This document shows, one piece after another, positions 18,933-28,139 of a DNA stretch of 64,000 nucleotides. Where the stretch lies: positions 2,184 through 66,183 of the forward strand of contig CAZYDI010000008.1 in the NCBI GenBank assembly GCA_964646255.1, given 5' to 3'. The notes below the pieces were generated by a model. That model did not search any database, was not told the DNA's origin, and saw only the letters and a program-made list of their open reading frames with translations. A program made the position numbers and the translations under genes. This stretch comes from an uncultured Bacteroidales bacterium (GTDB lineage: Bacteria > Bacteroidota > Bacteroidia > Bacteroidales > UBA10428). Within the stretch, counting starts at the first letter, position 1; the number at the start of each line of letters is the position of its first letter.

Positions 18933-19679
18933 ATGAAGTTACTCGAAGGAAAAACTGCTATTGTAACCGGTGCAGCCAGGGGAATTGGAAAAGCAATAGC
19001 CCTGGCATTTGCAAAAGAAGGTGCTAATGTTGCTATCACTGACCTGCGTATTGATGATAATGCACTTGCCACCGAAAAGGAAGTTGTTGGGCTGGGCGTT
19101 AAGTGTAAAGTGTATGCATCTGATGCAAGCAATTTTGCAGATACGGACAATGTAGTAAAACAAATAGTATCGGATTTTGGCACCGTGGATATTCTCGTTA
19201 ATAATGCAGGAATAACCATGGATGCATTCTTAATGCGGATGACCGAGCAGCAGTGGGATACCGTGCTGAATGTTAACCTGAAATCGGTGTTCAACTTTAC
19301 CAAGGCGGTTCAGATGATTATGATAAAGAAGCTGGGCGGATCCATTATTAACATGAGTTCTGTTGTAGGTGTCGGAGGAAACATAAGCCAGGCAAACTAT
19401 TCAGCTTCAAAAGCCGGCATGATCGGCTTTACCAAATCAATTGCACTTGAACTCGGGTCACGCAATATCCGCTGCAATGCCATTGCCCCGGGTTTCATCA
19501 TTACTGAAATGACGCATAAACTTACCGAAGAGGTAAGAAAAGCATGGGAGGAAAAAATTCCTCTAAGACGTGGAGGAACTCCGGAAGAAGTGGCAAAAGT
19601 AGCCCTCTTCCTGGCATCTGATTTATCATCTTATGTAAATGGTCAGGTAATTGGTGTTTGTGGTGGCATGCGCACCTAA
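18933..19679 (+). CDS. fabG: 3-oxoacyl-[acyl-carrier-protein] reductase
   Basis: MKLLEGKTAIVTGAARGIGKAIA, NNAGIT, YSASKAG, GQVIGVCGGM. The start is taken at the internal MKLLEG. Confidence 0.9.
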   Translation: MKLLEGKTAIVTGAARGIGKAIALAFAKEGANVAITDLRIDDNALATEKEVVGLGVKCKVYASDASNFADTDNVVKQIVSDFGTVDILVNNAGITMDAFLMRMTEQQWDTVLNVNLKSVFNFTKAVQMIMIKKLGGSIINMSSVVGVGGNISQANYSASKAGMIGFTKSIALELGSRNIRCNAIAPGFIITEMTHKLTEEVRKAWEEKIPLRRGGTPEEVAKVALFLASDLSSYVNGQVIGVCGGMRT

Positions 19680-19768
19680 ATGCACAAAAATCCAATCATC
19701 CCCTTTTTTGGCAGGATTATTGTCGTATCAGAAAATCATCGACTTATGTGAAAAAACATACTCTATCC

Positions 19769-20749
19769 ATGAAGCATCATATTAAAACTGTTGTTCTTCT
19801 GATGTTCATGTTTTTAATATTGTATTGCTGCTCCAGGGAAATAATCGAAATCAGCGTTTTAAAGCCTGCAGATACAATAATCCCCCATGAAATTGAGACC
19901 ATTACAATTTTTCCGATAGCCGGCCGGCAGGAGGCCCCCGGGAATTTTTCCGGGGTGAAACATATTCCGCTTGACAAGGAAACCAATTATAATGCGGCTA
20001 AACTGAATTACGTGTATGGTATTTACGATGTTTTAATTGAATCGCCAAGGTTTCGCCGCGTGGTGATGGCCGATTCCAGCTATGTTGATTCTTTGCTTGC
20101 CGGTAAAATGGATATCAGGGATGTTCGTGAAATGTGCAAAGCTGATTCAACCGATGCCGCATTGCTCGTCACACGAATAGACAACCTCGACATGCTTGAA
20201 AGCATGGAGGAAAACCAGCAAACAGGGTTTATCTTCCATTTCTTTTCGAAGATTAAAATTGACCTTTATCAGCCTTTTCTGGTAAAGGGAAAGCTTTCCT
20301 ATTCCTTTAATGATGTTAAATACTATGATTCATACAAGGTGTGGTATTCTGACAGGGCATACAAGGTACTTTCTGATATGTGCTACTGGGCAGGGATTGG
20401 TGTTGGCAAACAGTTGGTACCCTACTGGGAAGAGGAAAAGCGATGCCTGCTCAACGGGTTGAATACCGACCTGAAAACATCAGTAAGGATAGCATCCAAA
20501 GGAAATTGGGATGAGGCGGCCGGTATGTGGAATTCACTGCTGGATAGTAACCTAAAGCGACTGGCCGCAAAATCATCGTACAACATAGCCTTAACATGGG
20601 AAAGGGCCGATAACTTGCAGCAGGCTTTGCAATGGATAAACTATGCCGACAGCCTCAGATCAATGAAGGCAATAGACCGGTATAAAGCAATATTAACCAG
20701 GAGGTTGCATGAACTGGATACCATACAAATGCAAATGCCGGTTTATTAG
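19769..20749 (+). CDS. Hypothetical lipoprotein with a C-terminal TPR-like region
   Basis: Signal/lipobox-like MKHHIKTVVLLMFMFLILYCCS. The start is taken at the internal Met, because the listed 5' extension overlaps fabG. Confidence 0.5.
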   Translation: MKHHIKTVVLLMFMFLILYCCSREIIEISVLKPADTIIPHEIETITIFPIAGRQEAPGNFSGVKHIPLDKETNYNAAKLNYVYGIYDVLIESPRFRRVVMADSSYVDSLLAGKMDIRDVREMCKADSTDAALLVTRIDNLDMLESMEENQQTGFIFHFFSKIKIDLYQPFLVKGKLSYSFNDVKYYDSYKVWYSDRAYKVLSDMCYWAGIGVGKQLVPYWEEEKRCLLNGLNTDLKTSVRIASKGNWDEAAGMWNSLLDSNLKRLAAKSSYNIALTWERADNLQQALQWINYADSLRSMKAIDRYKAILTRRLHELDTIQMQMPVY

Positions 20750-20788
20750 TGGCATCAATGCTTTCTCTTAATGTAAAAATTAAAAATA

Positions 20789-22015
20789 ATGTATAACACT
20801 GTATTCTTTATAATTATAATCATCCTGGTACTGGATTTTCTTCTGGAGCGCTTTCTTGAGTATCTGAATTCAAAATCCAGAAGCCAATCGCTGCCAAAAG
20901 AAATCAGTGATGTTTACGATAAAGAAAAATATCTTCAGCAACAGGCCTATAAAAGGGCAAATGAAAAACTAGGGATGCTATCGGGAACGGTGAGCTTTAT
21001 CATTATCATGCTTATGCTAATCTTTGGCGGCTTTAGTATGGTTAATGGCTGGGCCATGAATATAACTTCTCATCCCATACTCCTTATATTGGTATTTTTC
21101 GGCATTTTAGCCCTGGCTTCAGACTTTATCAGTACTCCTTTTACTATTTATGATATTTTCGTTATAGAGGAGCGGTTTGGGTTTAACCGCATGACACCAA
21201 AACTCTATGTTGCCGATAAAATAAAGGGATTGTTGTTGGGTGCTATAATTGGAGGCGGATTGCTGGCCCTGGTTGTATGGTTTTATTTTCAAACCGGGTC
21301 TGTGTTCTGGATATATGCGTGGGCCCTGGCGGTTGGTTTTTCGGTTTTTATGGCCATGTTTTATTCTTCGCTAATTGTACCGCTTTTTAATAAGCAAACC
21401 CCCTTACCCGAAGGTGAACTGCGTAATGCAATTCGTTCTTTTGCAGATAAAGTTGGATTCAGGCTTGTAAACATTTTTGTTATTGATGGTTCCAAGCGCT
21501 CTACAAAATCCAATGCTTATTTTACCGGCCTCGGACCAAAGAAAAGGATTGTACTGTATGATACGCTGATTAAAGATCTTACCACAGATGAAATTGTTGC
21601 CGTTCTGGCACATGAAATTGGTCACTATAAAAAAAAGCATATATATGTTGGGTTACTTGCCGGAATAGTGCAAACCGGTATTACACTGTTCATCCTTTCG
21701 TTGATGCTATCGCAGCCGGCTTTATCCAGAGCACTTGGTGGAGAGGAACCCAGTTTTCAGCTTGGACTTATTGCTTTTGGTATATTGTATAGTCCTATTT
21801 CATTGATTACGGGTATTATTATGAATCATATTTCACGCCGAAACGAATATGCAGCAGACCGCTACGTGAAAGAAAACAGCAATCCTGAACATCTCATCAG
21901 TGCATTAAAAAAACTATCATCAAAAAACTTGAGCAACCTCACACCACATCCTTTGTATGTCTTTTTTCACTATTCGCATCCAACACTGTTACAGAGAATA
22001 ATGGCCTTAAAGTAG
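20789..22015 (+). CDS. M48 family zinc metallopeptidase (Ste24/HtpX-like, multi-TM)
   Basis: HEIGHYKKKH zinc motif, several TM helices, and the C-terminal NEYAADRY and HPTLLQRI motifs. Confidence 0.85.
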   Translation: MYNTVFFIIIIILVLDFLLERFLEYLNSKSRSQSLPKEISDVYDKEKYLQQQAYKRANEKLGMLSGTVSFIIIMLMLIFGGFSMVNGWAMNITSHPILLILVFFGILALASDFISTPFTIYDIFVIEERFGFNRMTPKLYVADKIKGLLLGAIIGGGLLALVVWFYFQTGSVFWIYAWALAVGFSVFMAMFYSSLIVPLFNKQTPLPEGELRNAIRSFADKVGFRLVNIFVIDGSKRSTKSNAYFTGLGPKKRIVLYDTLIKDLTTDEIVAVLAHEIGHYKKKHIYVGLLAGIVQTGITLFILSLMLSQPALSRALGGEEPSFQLGLIAFGILYSPISLITGIIMNHISRRNEYAADRYVKENSNPEHLISALKKLSSKNLSNLTPHPLYVFFHYSHPTLLQRIMALK

Positions 22016-22056
22016 GTTGAAGTTTATTTTGGCTTTGTTCACATCGCATTTATTTA

Positions 22057-22064
22057 TATTTTTG
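22057..22064 (+). promoter_or_regulatory. -7 promoter box TATTTTTG upstream of the tRNA-Thr/tRNA-Gly pair
   Basis: Matches TAnnTTTG, 22 nt before the tRNA-Thr 5' end. Confidence 0.4.
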
Positions 22065-22086
22065 TGCCCCATTCGGTGGAATTAAC

Positions 22087-22160
22087 GCCTCTTTAGCTCA
22101 GCTGGTTAGAGCGGCGGTTTCGTAAACCGCAGGTCGGGGGTTCAAATCCCCTGAGAGGCT
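22087..22160 (+). tRNA. tRNA-Thr (anticodon CGT)
   Basis: Hand fold: acceptor GCCTCTT/GAGAGGC, D arm GCTC-AGCTGGTTA-GAGC, anticodon arm GCGGT-TTCGTAA-ACCGC, T arm GGGGG-TTCAAAT-CCCCT. Confidence 0.9.
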
Positions 22161-22164
22161 CGAT

Positions 22165-22236
22165 GCGGGAATAGCTCAGTTGGCAGAGCGAAAGCTTCCC
22201 AAGCTTTAGGTCGCGGGTTCGAATCCCGTTTCCCGC
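22165..22236 (+). tRNA. tRNA-Gly (anticodon CCC); CCA is encoded at 22237-22239
   Basis: Hand fold: acceptor GCGGGAA/TTCCCGC, D arm GCTC-AGTTGGCA-GAGC, anticodon arm AAAGC-TTCCCAA-GCTTT, T arm GCGGG-TTCGAAT-CCCGT. Confidence 0.9.
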
Positions 22237-22346
22237 TCCACTTCGCGGCTTCGCCATGGGCGGGGTCTCAGGCGCAAGGTGGTGTACCTGCCTGCAAGAA
22301 CGTTGTGCAGGCTGTATGCTTATCCAAACAGTTCAAAGCAGATTAT

Positions 22347-23591
22347 ATGCAAGCTGAAATCATAACCATTGGTGATGAAATATTAATTGGACAGGTTGTT
22401 GACACGAATTCGGCATGGTTGGCAACCCAATTGAACAGTATAGGCATTGAGGTTTTACGGATAACTTCCATTCACGACAAGCATGAAGATATTGTTAATG
22501 CTTTAAGCAATGCTTTTACCAGGGCCGACCTTATTGTTTGCACAGGAGGCCTCGGGCCTACAAGTGACGATGTTACAAAGTTAGCGTTGGCAAAATACTT
22601 CAACACTGAATTGGTTTCATACCCGGATGTAATCGAAAGAATTACCGCATTGTTGACATCCAGGGATGTTCAACTCAATGAAAGGAATATTAAACAGGCC
22701 GAACTTCCCCGCAATTGTGAAATCCTTCGAAACAGTTGCGGCACGGCACAGGGTATGTGGTTTAAGAAAGATGGAAAAGATTGCATTTCACTTCCCGGGG
22801 TTCCCTATGAAATGAAAGCTATTTTCAGCGAGGAAATTGAACACCGGCTCAAACAGCGTTTTATATTGCCGGCTATTCACCATATTACGCTCCTGACCCA
22901 AGGTGTTCCCGAATCGGTTATGGCAGATACCATTGGTGAATGGGAGAGGATGTTACCTCCTAACCTCAGGTTGGCTTACCTTCCATCGCCCGGAATTTTA
23001 CGGTTAAGGCTGTCGGGAAAAACCAATGGTGATATCGGGGAACTGAAGACGAGCATGGAAAATGAAATTGCAAAAATAAGTGCAATAATTGGCAAGCCGG
23101 TATTTGGCAGGGATGATGATAAACTTGAGGTAATAATAGGCAACATGTTGAATGACAAAAAGAAAACACTAGCCGTTGCGGAGAGTTGTACAGGAGGATG
23201 GCTTAGCGCGATGATCACCTCAGTTCCCGGTTCCTCTGCTTATTTTAAAGGAGGGGTGGTATCGTATTCCAATGACATCAAAATAAGCGAACTCAATGTA
23301 AGTCCGCAAACCCTTATGATAAACGGGGCTGTTAGCCAGCCGGTAGTTGAACAAATGGCCGATGGGGTACGACAACGTTACGCAACGGATTTTGCCATTG
23401 CAATTAGTGGTATTGCCGGACCGGGCGGAGGCTCGGATGAAAAACCGGTAGGTACCACATGGATTGCAGTGGCAACCAAAAAAAGAATTATTGCAAATGT
23501 GTATAACTTGGGCGAAGATCGTGGACGAAATATTCAAAAGGCAGCTATAACAGCACTTTTCATGCTCAGGGATGTTATGACAAACAGTTAA
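22347..23591 (+). CDS. cinA: CinA family protein (competence/damage-inducible; MoCF-binding domain plus nicotinamide-nucleotide amidohydrolase PncC domain)
   Basis: MQAEIITIGDEILIGQVVDTNSAWL, TGGLGPTSDD, and the C-terminal AVAESCTGGWLSAMITSVPGSSAYFKGGVVSYSN. The start is taken at the internal MQAEII. Confidence 0.9.
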   Translation: MQAEIITIGDEILIGQVVDTNSAWLATQLNSIGIEVLRITSIHDKHEDIVNALSNAFTRADLIVCTGGLGPTSDDVTKLALAKYFNTELVSYPDVIERITALLTSRDVQLNERNIKQAELPRNCEILRNSCGTAQGMWFKKDGKDCISLPGVPYEMKAIFSEEIEHRLKQRFILPAIHHITLLTQGVPESVMADTIGEWERMLPPNLRLAYLPSPGILRLRLSGKTNGDIGELKTSMENEIAKISAIIGKPVFGRDDDKLEVIIGNMLNDKKKTLAVAESCTGGWLSAMITSVPGSSAYFKGGVVSYSNDIKISELNVSPQTLMINGAVSQPVVEQMADGVRQRYATDFAIAISGIAGPGGGSDEKPVGTTWIAVATKKRIIANVYNLGEDRGRNIQKAAITALFMLRDVMTNS

Positions 23592-23679
23592 TAATTATTT
23601 TAGACAAGAATTTGAATTTCTGAAAAAAATTATCGTTCTTTGCAACCTGTTTTTAGAAAGCGAATAAATTGATTTAGAA

Positions 23680-23922
23680 ATGTCGAGAATTTGTCAGATT
23701 ACAGGAAAGACTGCGATGGTAGGGAATAATGTTTCACATTCCAAACGCAGGACAAAAAGGACTTTTGATGTTAACCTGTTTGATAAGAAAATTTTCCTGC
23801 CGGAAGAAAACCGCTGGGTTAGCCTCAGGGTATCTGCCGCCGGAATCAGGCTTATCAATAAAGTTGGTTTGAAAAAAGCCCTTGAAGAAGCCAGGAGTAA
23901 AGGTTATATTAAAAGTTTCTAA
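23680..23922 (+). CDS. rpmB: 50S ribosomal protein L28
   Basis: [33 protein letters not shown] is the conserved bL28 N-terminus. Confidence 0.9.
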   Translation: MSRICQITGKTAMVGNNVSHSKRRTKRTFDVNLFDKKIFLPEENRWVSLRVSAAGIRLINKVGLKKALEEARSKGYIKSF

Positions 23923-23940
23923 CATAAAGCACATCAGGAT

Positions 23941-24123
23941 ATGGCAAAAAAAGGAAACAGAATTCAGGTAATTCTTGAGTGCACTGAACACAAGAACAGT
24001 GGTATGCCCGGAATGTCCAGGTATATTACCACCAAAAACAGAAAAAATACACCGGAGCGTCTTGAGAAGAAAAAGTATAACCCGGTTCTTAAAAAAGTAA
24101 CAGTACATCGCGAAATAAAGTAA
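23941..24123 (+). CDS. rpmG: 50S ribosomal protein L33
   Basis: [48 protein letters not shown] is the bL33 pattern. Confidence 0.9.
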   Translation: MAKKGNRIQVILECTEHKNSGMPGMSRYITTKNRKNTPERLEKKKYNPVLKKVTVHREIK

Positions 24124-24129
24124 AGTACC

Positions 24130-24285
24130 ATGGCAAAGAAAGTAATTGCAACACTAAAGACCGGCGCTGGAAAATCCTTTGCAAAGTGTATAAAAATGGT
24201 CAAATCACCCAAGACAGGTGCTTACCTGTTCAAAGAGGAAATTGTGCATGTTGATCATGTAAAAGACTTTTTCGGCCAAAAATAA
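24130..24285 (+). CDS. DUF4295 family small protein (51 aa; below the ORF-track length cutoff)
   Basis: My own translation: MAKKVIATLKTGAGKSFAKCIKMVKSPKTGAYLFKEEIVHVDHVKDFFGQK. This small gene conventionally follows rpmG in Bacteroidota. Confidence 0.7.
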   Translation: MAKKVIATLKTGAGKSFAKCIKMVKSPKTGAYLFKEEIVHVDHVKDFFGQK

Positions 24286-24310
24286 TGGCCTCTGTATGTA
24301 GAAAAAACTC

Positions 24311-24343
24311 GGCTTTCTTTTCATGAAGAAAGCCTTTTTTTTT
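24311..24343 (+). terminator. Rho-independent terminator of the rpmB-rpmG-DUF4295 unit
   Basis: GGCTTTCTT / AAGAAAGCC stem followed by nine T residues. Confidence 0.75.
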
Positions 24344-24372
24344 CATTATCATTAACTTAAAACTTACCTATC

Positions 24373-25323
24373 ATGGCAATCTTTGGCTTATTCGGAAAAA
24401 AAGAAAAAGAAGACCTGAACAAGGGTCTCGAAAAAACTAAGGAGAGCGTTATTTCCCGTATTTCACGTGCTGTAATTGGTAAATCATCAGTTGATGATGA
24501 GGTGCTTGATAACCTCGAAGAAGCATTGATTTCATCGGATGTTGGGGTAGCTACTACGTTGCGAATTATTGAAAGGCTGCAAACCCGTGTGAACCGCGAC
24601 AAGTATATGAGCACGAATGAACTCAACCACATTTTGCGCGAGGAAATCAGTTCATTGCTCGAGGAAAACAAATCGGCTCAGCCGGCCGATTTTACCCTGC
24701 CTCTTGACCATAAGCCATATGTGATTATGGTGGTTGGGGTGAATGGTGTGGGTAAAACCACCACCATTGGCAAACTTGCCTGGCATTATAAGCATGCCGG
24801 GAAAAAAGTTATTCTTGCTGCAGCCGATACTTTCAGGGCTGCTGCTGTAGAGCAGCTTACCATATGGTCGGAAAGAACCGGTGTACCCATTGTAAAACAA
24901 ATGATGGGCAGCGATCCTGCTTCTGTGGCCTTCGATGCCATTGCATCGGCCAAGGCTAACCAGGCAGATATTGTAATTGTTGACACAGCCGGAAGGCTAC
25001 ACAACAAGATTAACCTGATGAATGAACTCTCAAAAATAAAACGTGTTATGCAGAAGGTGGTTCCCGATGCACCGCATGAGGTTTTATTGGTGCTTGACGG
25101 ATCAACCGGGCAGAATGCTTTTGAACAGGCTAAACAATTTACGGAAGCAACCCAGGTAAATGCCCTGGCCATTACCAAACTCGACGGTACAGCCAAAGGA
25201 GGCGTGGTAATCGGTATTTCAGACCAGTTCAAAATTCCTGTCCGGTATATCGGAATCGGAGAAAGAATGGAGGATTTAAGAATATTCGATAAAAACGAGT
25301 TTGTGGAAACCTTGTTTCAGTAA
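24373..25323 (+). CDS. ftsY: Signal recognition particle receptor FtsY
   Basis: NG domain motifs GVNGVGKTTTIGKLA, AADTFRAAAVEQL, DTAGRLHNK, ITKLDGTAKGG. Confidence 0.9.
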   Translation: MAIFGLFGKKEKEDLNKGLEKTKESVISRISRAVIGKSSVDDEVLDNLEEALISSDVGVATTLRIIERLQTRVNRDKYMSTNELNHILREEISSLLEENKSAQPADFTLPLDHKPYVIMVVGVNGVGKTTTIGKLAWHYKHAGKKVILAAADTFRAAAVEQLTIWSERTGVPIVKQMMGSDPASVAFDAIASAKANQADIVIVDTAGRLHNKINLMNELSKIKRVMQKVVPDAPHEVLLVLDGSTGQNAFEQAKQFTEATQVNALAITKLDGTAKGGVVIGISDQFKIPVRYIGIGERMEDLRIFDKNEFVETLFQ

Positions 25324-25363
25324 AATATGCGGTATATTTGATTAAACACTCAAAACTATTCCG

Positions 25364-26809
25364 ATGAATTTGTTCAGGACCAAACCCATTGACCAGCTTC
25401 AGAGAGAAAGCAGTGACAAGGAACATGGCCTGAAAAGGGTGCTAAGCGGTCCCAGCCTCGTTTTCCTCGGCATCGGGGCGATCATCGGTACCGGAATTTT
25501 TGTGTTAACCGGTACGGTTGCCGCTAATTATGCAGGCCCTGCACTTGTTATTTCTTTTATCATATCTGCTATAGGATGTGTTTTTGCCGGTCTTTGCTAT
25601 GCCGAATTCGCGTCAATGATTCCCATTTCGGGAAGTGCATATACTTATTCGTATGCAACCCTGGGTGAGTTTATTGCATGGATCATTGGATGGGATCTTA
25701 TCCTGGAATACCTTTTTGCTTCATCCACTGTAGCTGTTGGGTGGTCGGGTTATGTGGTGAGCTTTCTGCATGATTATAACATTAACATACCCGCGCAAAT
25801 ATGCAATGCCCCCATTGATTATATCAAAGGTGAAGGCTGGGTGCTGACCGGCAGCATAATCAACTTTCCGGCGGTTTTTATCATCGCACTGCTATCTACC
25901 TTTTTGGTTATCGGAATCAGAGAAACTGCCGGGATCAACAATGTTATTGTTGCGGTTAAGGTTATTGTTATCCTGCTTTTCATCGGCTTTGGATTGTCTT
26001 TTATCGACACGTCGAACTGGAAACCTTTTATACCGCCTAACCCAACAGGAGAATTCGGTAATTTCGGATTTTCGGGAGTGCTGAGGGGTGCAGCAGTCAT
26101 TTTTTTCGCGTATATCGGTTTCGATGCAGTGTCAACGGCTGCACAAGAGGCCAAAAATCCGCAGCGTGATATGCCGATTGGAATATTGGGTTCATTACTG
26201 GTGTGTACTATCCTGTACGTATTGGTATCATTGGTTTTGACTGGTATCGTGCATTATACCAACCTGAGTGTTCCTGCTCCCCTGGCTCTTGCTATCGATT
26301 GGGCAGGTGATGGACTCAAGTGGTTGAGTCCATGGATTAAAATTGGTGCAATCGCCGGGCTCAGTTCTGTTATATTGGTGATGCTGATGGGCCAGCCCAG
26401 GATATTCTTTACCATGGCCAATGATGGACTCTTGCCTTCAAGTTTTTCGAAAATTCATCCGCGGTTCAGGACACCTTATATAACCACCATTATTACCGGA
26501 ATTGTTGCCTGTTTTTTTGCAGGGGTTTTACCCATTCACATTTTAAGCGAATTGGTATCTATCGGTACCTTGCTTGCATTCACCATCGTTTGCATCAGCA
26601 TTATTATCCTCCGCAAGGTCAAACCTGACGTTCACCGGCCTTTTAAGACACCATTAGTACCATGGTTACCGTTGCTTGGAGCCGCCATTTGCCTGATGCA
26701 AATGATGAGTCTGCCCTGGGAAACCTGGGAAAGACTGCTGATATGGATGGCTATCGGTTTGGTGATCTATTTCTCTTATAGTGTTAAGCGAAGCAAGTTG
26801 GCCAAGTAA
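25364..26809 (+). CDS. APC superfamily amino acid permease (cationic amino acid transporter-like)
   Basis: About 12 TM helices, with GIGAIIGTGIFVLTG and YAEFASMIPISGSAYTYSY motifs. Confidence 0.85.
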   Translation: MNLFRTKPIDQLQRESSDKEHGLKRVLSGPSLVFLGIGAIIGTGIFVLTGTVAANYAGPALVISFIISAIGCVFAGLCYAEFASMIPISGSAYTYSYATLGEFIAWIIGWDLILEYLFASSTVAVGWSGYVVSFLHDYNINIPAQICNAPIDYIKGEGWVLTGSIINFPAVFIIALLSTFLVIGIRETAGINNVIVAVKVIVILLFIGFGLSFIDTSNWKPFIPPNPTGEFGNFGFSGVLRGAAVIFFAYIGFDAVSTAAQEAKNPQRDMPIGILGSLLVCTILYVLVSLVLTGIVHYTNLSVPAPLALAIDWAGDGLKWLSPWIKIGAIAGLSSVILVMLMGQPRIFFTMANDGLLPSSFSKIHPRFRTPYITTIITGIVACFFAGVLPIHILSELVSIGTLLAFTIVCISIIILRKVKPDVHRPFKTPLVPWLPLLGAAICLMQMMSLPWETWERLLIWMAIGLVIYFSYSVKRSKLAK

Positions 26810-26822
26810 CCTTGTATGACTG

Positions 26823-28139
26823 ATGCGCACCAAAAGTTTACAGCATAATGGAATCAGGGTAATCACCCTGGGGTGTTCCAAAAACATTGTGGACTCTGAA
26901 GTACTGATGGGCCATATTGCGAAGAACAACATAAGTGTTTTTCACGACGATGAATCGGAGTCTCCAAAGGTGGTTATTATCAATACCTGTGGGTTTATTA
27001 AGGATGCCAAACAGGAATCCGTCAATACCATTTTAAATTTTATAAGGTCAAAAGAAGAGGGACATATTGATCATTTACTTGTGATGGGATGCCTTTCGGA
27101 ACGCTATAAAAAAGAGCTTGAAAAGGAAATTCCCGATGTTGATAAATATTTTGGTGTTAATGATTTAGAATCGATTATTAAACATCTTGGTTTAAATTAT
27201 AAAAAAGAATTGACCGGTGAACGAAGGCTAACCACTCCCTCACATTATGCTTACCTGAAAATTTCGGAAGGATGTGACCGCCATTGTGCCTTTTGTGCTA
27301 TCCCCCTAATAAGAGGTAACCATGTTTCACGGTCAATGGAAAACATCGTGCAGGAAGCACATGGTTTGGCTTCAAAAGGAACCAGGGAGCTTATCCTGAT
27401 TGCGCAGGACCTTACCAGGTACGGTGTTGATATATACCGGAAACAAGCTTTGCCTGAATTGCTGACTGACTTATCCGATATTCAGGGAATTGAATGGATA
27501 AGGTTGCATTATGCCTATCCTGCCGGTTTCTCCAGAAAGGTAATCCAGGTAATGAAGGAAAGGGATAATATTTGTAATTACCTTGATATACCATTCCAGC
27601 ATCAGAGTGACAAGGTTCTGAAAAAAATGCGCAGGGGCCATTCATCGGAACAAAATTTGCGGCTGATTGACTTTATCCGAAAAGAAATTCCAGAGATCAC
27701 CCTTCGAACAACTTTAATTACAGGGCATCCGGGTGAAACAGCCAAGGAATTCAACCTGTTGCGAAATTTTGTAGAATCGGTAGCGTTTGACCGATTGGGT
27801 GTTTTTACGTATTCACCGGAAGAAGATACCGTGGCAGCAAAATTATACCGCGATTCCATTCCCGAGAAAGTAAAAAAAGCACGGGCAGACGAATTGATGT
27901 CAATTCAGCAAACTATTTCTAAAAGAAAGAATGATAATAAAATAGGACGATTTTTTAAAGTTTTAATTGACAGGGTAGAGGGGGAGTATTATATCGGCAG
28001 AACGGAGGGGGATTCACCCGAAATTGACAACGAAATACTCATCAGGAAAAATAAAACAGCGCCTGTTATTGGCCAGTTTTACCAGGTAAAAATAACAGGC
28101 GCTGAGGAATTTGATCTATACGGTGACCTTGGAGGTTAA
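26823..28139 (+). CDS. rimO: Ribosomal protein S12 methylthiotransferase RimO
   Basis: N-terminal MTTase Cys motif (TLGCSKN...NTCGF), radical SAM CDRHCAFCAIP, and a C-terminal TRAM domain. Confidence 0.9.
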   Translation: MRTKSLQHNGIRVITLGCSKNIVDSEVLMGHIAKNNISVFHDDESESPKVVIINTCGFIKDAKQESVNTILNFIRSKEEGHIDHLLVMGCLSERYKKELEKEIPDVDKYFGVNDLESIIKHLGLNYKKELTGERRLTTPSHYAYLKISEGCDRHCAFCAIPLIRGNHVSRSMENIVQEAHGLASKGTRELILIAQDLTRYGVDIYRKQALPELLTDLSDIQGIEWIRLHYAYPAGFSRKVIQVMKERDNICNYLDIPFQHQSDKVLKKMRRGHSSEQNLRLIDFIRKEIPEITLRTTLITGHPGETAKEFNLLRNFVESVAFDRLGVFTYSPEEDTVAAKLYRDSIPEKVKKARADELMSIQQTISKRKNDNKIGRFFKVLIDRVEGEYYIGRTEGDSPEIDNEILIRKNKTAPVIGQFYQVKITGAEEFDLYGDLGG

